A stretch of 64,000 bases of DNA from Candidatus Omnitrophota bacterium. Its GTDB lineage: Bacteria; Omnitrophota; Gorgyraeia; VGKH01; JBHPFN01. A program made the translations under genes and the position numbers. The DNA is taken from positions 71,218-135,217 of the forward strand of contig JBHPFN010000001.1 of assembly GCA_042571725.1 (NCBI GenBank). The letters run 5' to 3'. The notes under the pieces are model-generated. The model searched no databases and was not told the DNA's origin. It saw only the letters and a list, made by a program, of their open reading frames with translations. Below, piece after piece: positions 1-6,753 of the stretch. Numbering within the stretch: position 1 is the stretch's first letter; each line of letters opens with the position of its first letter.

Positions 1-272
1 AATCCTTTTGCCTGACGTAGCTCTGTATTTACCTTTGCTTCTCGACCCTTTAACTCTACAACCTGATTTTCCGCGCGTGCGAAGTCTCTCTTTGCCTTTG
101 CAAGATTGCCCTCAAGGGATTGTACATCAGAAAGCTTCACTTGCTTTTCTTTCTTTTCGCCGGTAAGATTCTTCCGTAGGGATCCTATCTTTGCAGAAAG
201 AGCAACGGTGGTAGTAATCATTGCACTGGCTACTCCCACAATTACCCAAAATGAAATCGTTATTGTTTCCAT
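1..272 (-). CDS. N-terminally membrane-anchored coiled-coil protein (partial, runs off window start)
   Basis: Manual translation from ATG at 272: METITISFWVIVGVASAMITTTVALSAKIGSLRKNLTGEKKEKQVKLSDVQSLEGNLAKAKRDFARAENQVVELKGREAKVNTELRQAKG..., open to the window edge. Hydrophobic N-terminus followed by a charged heptad-like helix. Not in the ORF track. Confidence 0.7.
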   Translation of the reverse strand, partial: METITISFWVIVGVASAMITTTVALSAKIGSLRKNLTGEKKEKQVKLSDVQSLEGNLAKAKRDFARAENQVVELKGREAKVNTELRQAKG

Positions 273-304
273 ATTCTCTTAGTAATTGCCTTTCTTAAAG
301 TATT

Positions 305-334
305 ATTATAACGGGTTTTATGGTTAAAAATCAA
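305..334 (-). promoter_or_regulatory. putative sigma70 promoter
   Basis: TTGATT-N18-TATAAT on the minus strand, upstream of the ORF starting at 272. Confidence 0.5.
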
Positions 335-347
335 CAAAAAATCAAAG

Positions 348-385
348 AAAAAAGGCGCCCGCAATTTTTTCAATGGCGGGCGCCC
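348..385 (-). terminator. intrinsic terminator after secretin-like gene
   Basis: Minus strand GGGCGCCCGC-loop-GCGGGCGCC followed by TTTTTT, about 18 nt after the stop codon. Confidence 0.8.
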
Positions 386-402
386 ATTTGTTTACTTCAT
401 TT

Positions 403-1212
403 TTACTCAATATCCTTAACTATAAGTGGGGTTATGAAAATGAGGAGTTCTGATCTGTCACGGTGTTTAATTTTAGTTTTGAAAAACGCGTTTATGACCG
501 GGGCATCCGATAGTACAGGAACGCCAGATAGATCGAACCGCTCCCTAATACCTGAGAGTATTACTGTTGACTCAAGTTGAATATCAGTCCCCGTAGATGA
601 AATCACCGGAGTAACTTCTAGCTTCAGACCTTCTTCTTTGTATTGAAGCTCTCCTGTTGAAGATCCGTCAAGACTAATACTAAAATCCTGGGTTTGCCCT
701 GCTGAGGATTTGTCACAAGGCTTACTTGAAGAACCTGTTTTGACCTGCACATTCTCACCAAGGATTGATGCAGAATCTATCGACTGAGTTACCACCCGAG
801 GAACACTTATTATGTTGCTTTTACCTTTTGACTCAAAGGCTGAAAGGGCATTATCAACCATTTGAGTGCTGTCACCGCCAAGTGGAATCTTAATTTGCTC
901 CGTAGCTTGGGGTGTAATAATAGGCCAGTCCTGCACTTCAAGAAAAGACCCTAAGGTAATCCATTCTCCTGTATTTGCGCCTATGCCTTGAGGTGTAGTA
1001 GAAACCTCAAGAATCCTTCGGTCTCCTTCTTGGAACTGTTGGAATGTCCAGTCAACACCAAGCTCTTCTGAAAAATTGGTAGTGGCTTCCACAATCCTTG
1101 CTTCAATTATTACTTGTGGCGTCTGGACATCGAGGCTGTATACTTCTGAGAAGCTTGAGGTAAATGCCAGAGAAACAAATAAAATTAATAAAATCCTAAT
1201 TACTGTTTTCAC
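403..1212 (-). CDS. secretin-domain protein (PilQ/GspD C-terminal-like), lacking N-domains
   Basis: Signal peptide, then QVIIEARIVEA...LGVDW, GLKLEVTP, VPVLSDAPVINAFF and ELLIFITP secretin motifs. GGAGG RBS before the GTG start. Confidence 0.8.
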   Translation of the reverse strand: MKTVIRILLILFVSLAFTSSFSEVYSLDVQTPQVIIEARIVEATTNFSEELGVDWTFQQFQEGDRRILEVSTTPQGIGANTGEWITLGSFLEVQDWPIITPQATEQIKIPLGGDSTQMVDNALSAFESKGKSNIISVPRVVTQSIDSASILGENVQVKTGSSSKPCDKSSAGQTQDFSISLDGSSTGELQYKEEGLKLEVTPVISSTGTDIQLESTVILSGIRERFDLSGVPVLSDAPVINAFFKTKIKHRDRSELLIFITPLIVKDIE

Positions 1213-1270
1213 TTTTTCTCCTCCTTCTGGGATAAATGTTCAAACGTAAAGTGTGTATTGTGAGGATTAA

Positions 1271-1299
1271 ATTCTACTCCTAAATTATTAACTTGTCAA
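1271..1299 (-). promoter_or_regulatory. sigma70 promoter of secretin-like gene
   Basis: TTGACA-N17-TAGAAT. Confidence 0.7.
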
Positions 1300-1315
1300 G
1301 TTTCAGACGGAAGTG

Positions 1316-1352
1316 AAAAATAAGGGCGACCCCGCCTAATGCGGGGGCGCCT
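1316..1352 (-). terminator. intrinsic terminator after 88-aa ORF
   Basis: Minus strand GGCGCCCCCGC-ATTAG-GCGGGGTCGCC followed by CTTATTTTT. Confidence 0.7.
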
Positions 1353-1382
1353 CACTATTTGCTCTCTTCTTATATAAACTTT

Positions 1383-1649
1383 CTATTTAACTTTCTCTCG
1401 GCAATATCTTCTTAAGTAGGATAAGTTTCTCTTGAGAGTATCAAGCTTATCTTTAACCTCCTGCGATTCAGGATCCAAAAGATATAACATCTTAATCTCA
1501 AGCAAGCTATCTTCAATGATTTTGACGTACCTGTCTATAAGCATGCCGAAGGCTTCTAATTTCTTAACATCCTTAGTCGTTACTGTGGTTTCTTCAAAAC
1601 ATTCCTGAAGTGCTTGTTTTAGCCACTGTTCATCCTGCGGATTAATCAT
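1383..1649 (-). CDS. hypothetical small helical protein (88 aa)
   Basis: AGGAGG 5 nt before ATG at 1649 (preferred over GTG at 1655). Has its own promoter, structured leader and terminator. No recognisable family. Confidence 0.75.
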   Translation of the reverse strand: MINPQDEQWLKQALQECFEETTVTTKDVKKLEAFGMLIDRYVKIIEDSLLEIKMLYLLDPESQEVKDKLDTLKRNLSYLRRYCREKVK

Positions 1650-1665
1650 GGCCACCTCCTCAATA

Positions 1666-1714
1666 ACACAAAAGACGTTCTTCTACCCCTGTGGGCATAA
1701 GAACGTCCTCGTTC
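1666..1714 (-). promoter_or_regulatory. second attenuator: variant hexaloop hairpin overlapping a terminator-like stem
   Basis: GAAC-GAGGAC-GTTC hairpin overlaps GAGGACGTTCTT-ATGCCC-ACAG-GGGTAG-AAGAACGTCTTTT. Related in sequence to the 3496-3533 element. Confidence 0.5.
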
Positions 1715-1717
1715 AAT

Positions 1718-1773
1718 AAAAAACCCTACACCATTCTGGTGTAAGGCTTCATTGCCTTTTGACTTCTTTGTCA
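1718..1773 (-). ncRNA. ANTAR-target dual-hairpin leader RNA with overlapping intrinsic terminator
   Basis: P1 UGAC-AAAGAA-GUCA and P2 AAGGC-AAUGAA-GCCUU: both are hexaloops with A1/G4 closed by C-G. The P2 3' arm forms the 5' arm of terminator GCCUUACACCA-GAA-UGGUGUAGGGU, followed by a U-run. Confidence 0.8.
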
Positions 1774-1778
1774 GTTAC

Positions 1779-1807
1779 AGCATAGCACTTTAAATATACT
1801 ATGTCAA
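1779..1807 (-). promoter_or_regulatory. sigma70 promoter driving the ANTAR leader
   Basis: TTGACA-N17-TATGCT with extended TG. The predicted +1 falls at about the start of P1. Confidence 0.75.
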
Positions 1808-1815
1808 GTGCTTAG

Positions 1816-1846
1816 AGGGGCTCCCCGCCGACGGCGGGGAGCCCCT
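1816..1846. repeat. perfect 15-bp inverted repeat (GC-rich hairpin) downstream of glutamate synthase
   Basis: AGGGGCTCCCCGCCG-A-CGGCGGGGAGCCCCT, with no U-tract on either side. Confidence 0.85.
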
Positions 1847-1862
1847 TAAATGCTCAAACAAC

Positions 1863-3449
1863 TTACTTCAAGATTTTCTCGGCTTCCTTGCGATACGCAT
1901 CCATCACATACGGAATACCTGAAACTTTAGCTGCTTCTTCGGTCAGAGACATGACGTCTTTTCGCGTAATAGTGCTTAAGTTAAAGTTTCTACTTCCTGC
2001 CATGAGCTGCTGAAGACCAACCTTGATCTTCTGGCTAAAGCAATAGATTCCAACCGCTCCCAAAGGAATCTCTTTCATTTGCTTTCCGTATTTATCCAGA
2101 AGCTCTTCGTAGCAGATAAAGATTTCCTCTGCTGAACTGCCGAACTGCGAAACGGTCTTAGGTAAATTACCGTCTTTTAACCAGTTGCCGATATTCTTAC
2201 CGACCATACCGGGAATCATCAATGCGCGGCCCATACATACAGCTTTTACATAGGGCGCACCCATAGCCAGTACTTTGAATACATGGTCTTCACTGGAAAA
2301 ACCACCAGCGATAGCAATATCAGGAACTCGCTTCCCCTGTTTTTTTAGCTTCTCGCAGAATTCGTAGGCCAATGACTGCAGATAGAAAGTAGGAATTCCC
2401 CACTCTTCCATCATGCGCCAGGGGCTCATGCCTGTTCCACCCGGAGCACCGTCAATGGTGAGCAGATCAATCTTTGCTGCTGAACAATACTTAAGCGCCA
2501 TAGCTAACTCTACCATCGAATAGGCGCCGGTCTTTAAAGTAATGCGCTTGAAACCCAGGCCGCGTAAACGCTTGACTTCTGCCATAAACGCTTCTTCAGT
2601 CACAAAGCCTAAACGGGAATGCCTCTCAAACTCTTTAATCTCTCCTACTCGATAGGCTTCTTGTACCGAATGAACCGTTGGGTCTGGAGTAACAATATAG
2701 CCGCGCTTCTTCAGCACCTTGGCGCGCTCAATATCTTTTACCTTAATCTCGCCACCGATACATTTTGCTCCCTGGCCCCATTTAAGCTCTATAGTATCAA
2801 GCTTATGTTTTTTACTGACGTACTCAGCAACGCCGAGGCGGGTATCTTCCACATTCATCTGCACTAAGATCTCTCCGTAGCCTTCATGGAATTTTTTGTA
2901 GATGTCAATACGGCGGTCCATATCGGGAGCGCTCTTAATTTTGCCTTTGGAATCTAGTTCTAACTTTGGATCAATGCCGCAGACGTTTTCGCCGCAGACA
3001 AGCGTTACTCCGGAAATCGCCGCGCCCACTGCAAAATGTTCCCAGTTTCTGCGGGCGATCTCGGTTGAACCTAACGCACCGGTGAAAATGGGCACGCGCA
3101 GCTTTACTTTTTTATCCCAGCCGTATTCTGTTTCTGTATCGACTGCGGGAAATGTTGCGGTGTCCGGACCTGGCTCTACTCCCTTAGGAAGCCCCTTTGC
3201 GCCGACAGCATATCCCTGGATATTAAGATGCGAATAATCAATAGGATATTCTTTGTCTCCGCCGGCGGTTACCTCGCCGTAGGGACCGGGGTAAATTACT
3301 TCTCTTCCTCTAAATGATGCCTTGAATACATCGCAGTTTCCGCGGCAGCCGTCGATACAACGGGTACAAATTCCGGACACCGGAGCTACGTTACGCGAAC
3401 GATTTGCTGTCTGCAATGCTTCATTTGCGTTTGGTTGCTGCAAATTCAT
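1863..3449 (-). CDS. FMN-binding glutamate synthase family protein (archaeal GltB2/GltS-like)
   Basis: IELKWGQGAKCIGG, LTIDGAPGGTGMSP, AGGFSSED and N-terminal CxxCxxxCxxxC. No amidotransferase domain. Confidence 0.85.
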   Translation of the reverse strand: MNLQQPNANEALQTANRSRNVAPVSGICTRCIDGCRGNCDVFKASFRGREVIYPGPYGEVTAGGDKEYPIDYSHLNIQGYAVGAKGLPKGVEPGPDTATFPAVDTETEYGWDKKVKLRVPIFTGALGSTEIARRNWEHFAVGAAISGVTLVCGENVCGIDPKLELDSKGKIKSAPDMDRRIDIYKKFHEGYGEILVQMNVEDTRLGVAEYVSKKHKLDTIELKWGQGAKCIGGEIKVKDIERAKVLKKRGYIVTPDPTVHSVQEAYRVGEIKEFERHSRLGFVTEEAFMAEVKRLRGLGFKRITLKTGAYSMVELAMALKYCSAAKIDLLTIDGAPGGTGMSPWRMMEEWGIPTFYLQSLAYEFCEKLKKQGKRVPDIAIAGGFSSEDHVFKVLAMGAPYVKAVCMGRALMIPGMVGKNIGNWLKDGNLPKTVSQFGSSAEEIFICYEELLDKYGKQMKEIPLGAVGIYCFSQKIKVGLQQLMAGSRNFNLSTITRKDVMSLTEEAAKVSGIPYVMDAYRKEAEKILK

Positions 3450-3495
3450 TATCGCCTCCTTTTTCTACCTTTTTCTATCTTGTTCTTACCCAAAT

Positions 3496-3533
3496 AAAAA
3501 AGACGTTCTTTGTCTAAGAACGCCTTTGTTCTT
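3496..3533 (-). promoter_or_regulatory. ANTAR-like hexaloop hairpin overlapping an intrinsic terminator in the glutamate synthase leader
   Basis: AAGAAC-AAAGGC-GUUCUU (A1/G4 loop) is mutually exclusive with GGCGUUCUU-AGACA-AAGAACGUC-UUUUUU. Confidence 0.7.
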
Positions 3534-3567
3534 CCTTATGAATATTTTCTAGGCTGATTGTGATTAA

Positions 3568-3595
3568 ATTATACTCACACGCCCAGCATTGTCAA
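3568..3595 (-). promoter_or_regulatory. sigma70 promoter of glutamate synthase
   Basis: Perfect consensus hexamers: TTGACA-N16-TATAAT. Confidence 0.8.
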
Positions 3596-3616
3596 GATTT
3601 ATTACAAAAAATTCAA

Positions 3617-4303
3617 CTAACTTTGCCTGACGCAATCAAACCCCTCTCCGAGCCTGCAATCGATACAGGTATCAGGGGTATCTTGCTCCATGGATAACTG
3701 CGAAGCGCATAACGCACAGAGAGATTCCTTACCCTTTTCCATCGGACCCGGACAGGCGGTAATAGTCATTGGACATAGATCAATACAGGCATTGCACTTT
3801 TTACAGAATTCCGGACGCTTATTAAAAGGAAGGGCTACATGGCGTTCGTTTCCGCGGCCTACAAATCCTAGTGATTTTGAACGCCAGACTTCAGAGCAGA
3901 CACGTACACAGCGGCCGCAGAGAACGCAGTTTTTATTTCTAAACGGGTAGCGTACATCGGTAACGCCGCAACGTGCGGCAATATCCTGAACTGCGCGGGA
4001 ATTGGGTGCCTCGGCAACCAACATCTCTGCAATATTTTTTCTTGCCTTTAAAATTTTTTCCGTATGGGCTAAGACCACCATTCCCTCTTTTGCCTCAAGC
4101 GTACATGAAGTAGTGACTTTTGATCTGCCGTTTTTTACTACCTCTACGATACACAATCTGCACGCGCCAAAAGAGGTAACTCCGCGAAGATGACAAAGAT
4201 GCGGAATACAGATCCCGTAGTCTAATGCAACATCTAACACATAAGTGTTTTTAGGAGCTCTCACTTTTGCTCCGTTAATGGTAAGATTAACATATTCAAC
4301 CAT
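3617..4303 (-). CDS. NuoG/HydA N-terminal-like Fe-S protein ([2Fe-2S] + 2x[4Fe-4S]), no catalytic domain
   Basis: IPHLC...GACRLCIVEV...SC; CVLCGRCVRVC; CKKCNACIDLCP; Cys-rich tail. Confidence 0.85.
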   Translation of the reverse strand: MVEYVNLTINGAKVRAPKNTYVLDVALDYGICIPHLCHLRGVTSFGACRLCIVEVVKNGRSKVTTSCTLEAKEGMVVLAHTEKILKARKNIAEMLVAEAPNSRAVQDIAARCGVTDVRYPFRNKNCVLCGRCVRVCSEVWRSKSLGFVGRGNERHVALPFNKRPEFCKKCNACIDLCPMTITACPGPMEKGKESLCALCASQLSMEQDTPDTCIDCRLGEGFDCVRQS

Positions 4304-4314
4304 AATATCTCCTT

Positions 4315-6171
4315 TTATAATATGGAAATTGCTTGGAATTTACACGTCTCTTTGCAGATACCGCACTTTTCACATTGTGCGTCATCAATACGATGTAACT
4401 CCTTCGGCTCTCCGGAAATCGCGCCATGAGGACATGCCTTTAAACACGCGCCGCAGCCTATGCATTTTTCTGAATCAATCGAATAATGAATTAGCTCCCT
4501 GCAGACACCAGCCGGACAGCGACTATCTTTTATATGTGCTTCGTACTCATCTCGGAAATATTTTATGGTAGACAACACCGGGTTGGGCGCGGTTTTACCT
4601 AACGCGCACAATGAAGCGATAGAGGTAGTTTCGGCAGTATCTTCCAGAAGCCTTAACTTCTCCTCCGTACCTTTCCCTGTGGTAATATCCTCAATTATCT
4701 CTAGCATGCGACTTAGTCCGACTCTACAGGGAACGCATTTTCCACAGGATTCATCAATAAGAAACTTTAAAAAATATTTTGCGATATCAACCATGCACGT
4801 GGCTTCGTCCATCACGACCATCCCGCCGGAACCAACCATTGAACCCGCATCAGCTAATGCTTCGAAATCAACGGGTAAATCGAATTTGCTCTCCGGTAAA
4901 CAGCCACCTGATGGCCCTCCGGTCTGCACTGCTTTTATCTTGTTTCCGTTGGATGCGCCGCCGCCGATATCATAGATAATCTCACGCAGGCTCATGCCCA
5001 TAGGAATCTCGACTAATCCGGTATTGCGTATCTTTCCGGTGAGCGCAAAGATCTTTGTTCCTTTGCTCTCTTTAGTCCCTTTTTTAGCAAACCAAGCTGC
5101 GCCATTATTAATAATGGATGGCACATTAGCCCAGGTTTCGACATTATTTAAATTTGAAGGAAGCTCCTTAAACCCTTTTTCTATGGTATGGATATCCTTT
5201 GGCCTTGGCTCTCCAACCATTCCCTCTAGAGATGCCATTAAAGCGGTTGATTCTCCACAGACAAAAGCACCTCCGCCGCGGGCAATCTTTATAGAAAAAG
5301 AAAAATCAGTTCCCAGGATATCTTTTCCCAAGAGACCTAATGCCTCTGCCTGCTTCAGCGCTAGTTTTGAATGCTCCACCGCAAGAGGGTATTCGTTTCG
5401 CACATAGATAAATCCCTGTTCAGCGCCGATTGCGTATGCGCCGATGAGCATACCCTCAATTACCGCATGTGGATTACCCTCTAATACGCTTCTATCCATA
5501 TATGCACCGGGATCGCCCTCGTCAGCATTACAAATAATGTATTTAGGATTACCCTCTGCCTTTCGGCACGACTCCCACTTTCTTCCCGTAGAAAATCCGC
5601 CGCCGCCGCGGCCCCGTAATCCAGATTTCTTAATCTCTTCGATAATTGCTTCTGGCTTTGCAGATGTCAAAACCTTCATCAGTGCTGAATAACCGCCGCT
5701 TGCGATATAATCATTGATATCACAAGGATCAACTAGTTTATTCTGACCTAATACCGCTCGATCCTGGGCCTTATAAAAAGGAACGTCCTTTTCATGCGTA
5801 ACTAGCTTGCTAGAAAGGGGATCTTTATAAAGCAGTCTTTCGATAATTTTATTCTTTTTCAAAGTCTCAGAGATAATCTCAGGGACATCCTCGGGCTTAA
5901 TGCGGCAATAAAATGTGTTTCCCGGCTCAACAACCAACAAAGGCTCCTGTTCGCAAAAACCATGACAACCAGTAATCCGCAGCTTTACTTTATCGGTAAG
6001 CTTTTGTTGCTTCAGCTCCTTTTTAAATGCTTCTGCCACCTTTAATGAACCACCAGCTTGACCACATGTCCCCGAAGAAAGAATTACAGTGCGTGCGCTT
6101 CTTTCCTGTTTTGCCTTTTCCTTTGTTGCTATCAGTTTTTGAAAATCTTTTAAGGTTTTTACAGTTTTCAT
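4315..6171 (-). CDS. NuoF/HydB-like NADH/FMN-binding subunit with C-terminal 2x[4Fe-4S]
   Basis: SGLRGRGGGGF, NADEGDPGAYMDR, GGPSGG, ESCGKCVPCR, HIxxxxCPAGVC and two ferredoxin motifs. Confidence 0.92.
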   Translation of the reverse strand: MKTVKTLKDFQKLIATKEKAKQERSARTVILSSGTCGQAGGSLKVAEAFKKELKQQKLTDKVKLRITGCHGFCEQEPLLVVEPGNTFYCRIKPEDVPEIISETLKKNKIIERLLYKDPLSSKLVTHEKDVPFYKAQDRAVLGQNKLVDPCDINDYIASGGYSALMKVLTSAKPEAIIEEIKKSGLRGRGGGGFSTGRKWESCRKAEGNPKYIICNADEGDPGAYMDRSVLEGNPHAVIEGMLIGAYAIGAEQGFIYVRNEYPLAVEHSKLALKQAEALGLLGKDILGTDFSFSIKIARGGGAFVCGESTALMASLEGMVGEPRPKDIHTIEKGFKELPSNLNNVETWANVPSIINNGAAWFAKKGTKESKGTKIFALTGKIRNTGLVEIPMGMSLREIIYDIGGGASNGNKIKAVQTGGPSGGCLPESKFDLPVDFEALADAGSMVGSGGMVVMDEATCMVDIAKYFLKFLIDESCGKCVPCRVGLSRMLEIIEDITTGKGTEEKLRLLEDTAETTSIASLCALGKTAPNPVLSTIKYFRDEYEAHIKDSRCPAGVCRELIHYSIDSEKCIGCGACLKACPHGAISGEPKELHRIDDAQCEKCGICKETCKFQAISIL

Positions 6172-6677
6172 TTTTTCTTTCTCTTGTTTTTAGGTTGTTT
6201 TTTAAATTGATCTCGTGTCTTTTGAATCAGGGCGCGTAATTTTGCGGTGGTCATATGATCATAATACTTCCCGTCCAGCACCACCACCGGGCCTAAGGCG
6301 CAGGCACCAAGACAGTTTACCGTCTCAACGGTAAACTGTTTATCTTCAGTAGTCTCTCCGGGCTTTACCTTAAGCTGCCCTAAAACCTCATCTAAAAACT
6401 TTGGTGCACCGCGCACATGACAGGCGGTTCCCATACAAACGGTAAGCAGGTGCTTTCCCCGAGGCTGCAAGGTAAAGGCCTTATAAAAATTTGCAACCCG
6501 AAATACTTCTATAAGCGGTGTCTGAAGCCTGTCTGAGACAATCCGCAGAACCTCCTCAGGAAGATAATCATAGGCCTGCTGAACATCTTGCATCACCTCA
6601 ATCAATTCGCTTGCATCGCCTGCTCTGTCTTTTAATATACTTTCAATCTTTTTCTCTTTAGTCATTACGTTTGGCAT
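6168..6677 (-). CDS. NuoE/HydC-like [2Fe-2S] subunit
   Basis: VCMGTACHVRG and CLGACALGP. Confidence 0.92.
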   Translation of the reverse strand: MPNVMTKEKKIESILKDRAGDASELIEVMQDVQQAYDYLPEEVLRIVSDRLQTPLIEVFRVANFYKAFTLQPRGKHLLTVCMGTACHVRGAPKFLDEVLGQLKVKPGETTEDKQFTVETVNCLGACALGPVVVLDGKYYDHMTTAKLRALIQKTRDQFKKQPKNKRKKK

Positions 6678-6753
6678 CGTGACCTTTCTGTTTAGTTTTG
6701 ATGCAATCCATGCCTATTCTTTAGGCACTTAGTTTAAAAAAATAATATGTGCT

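Noticed and set aside
3617-6677. Respiratory complex I or a complete [FeFe]-hydrogenase
   Set aside because: No other nuo genes and no H-cluster motifs
6711-6727. TGCCTA-N5-TAGGCA hairpin before the nuoE-like gene as another ANTAR site
   Set aside because: Not a C-G-closed hexaloop, with no partner hairpin and no overlapping terminator; could be a small operator
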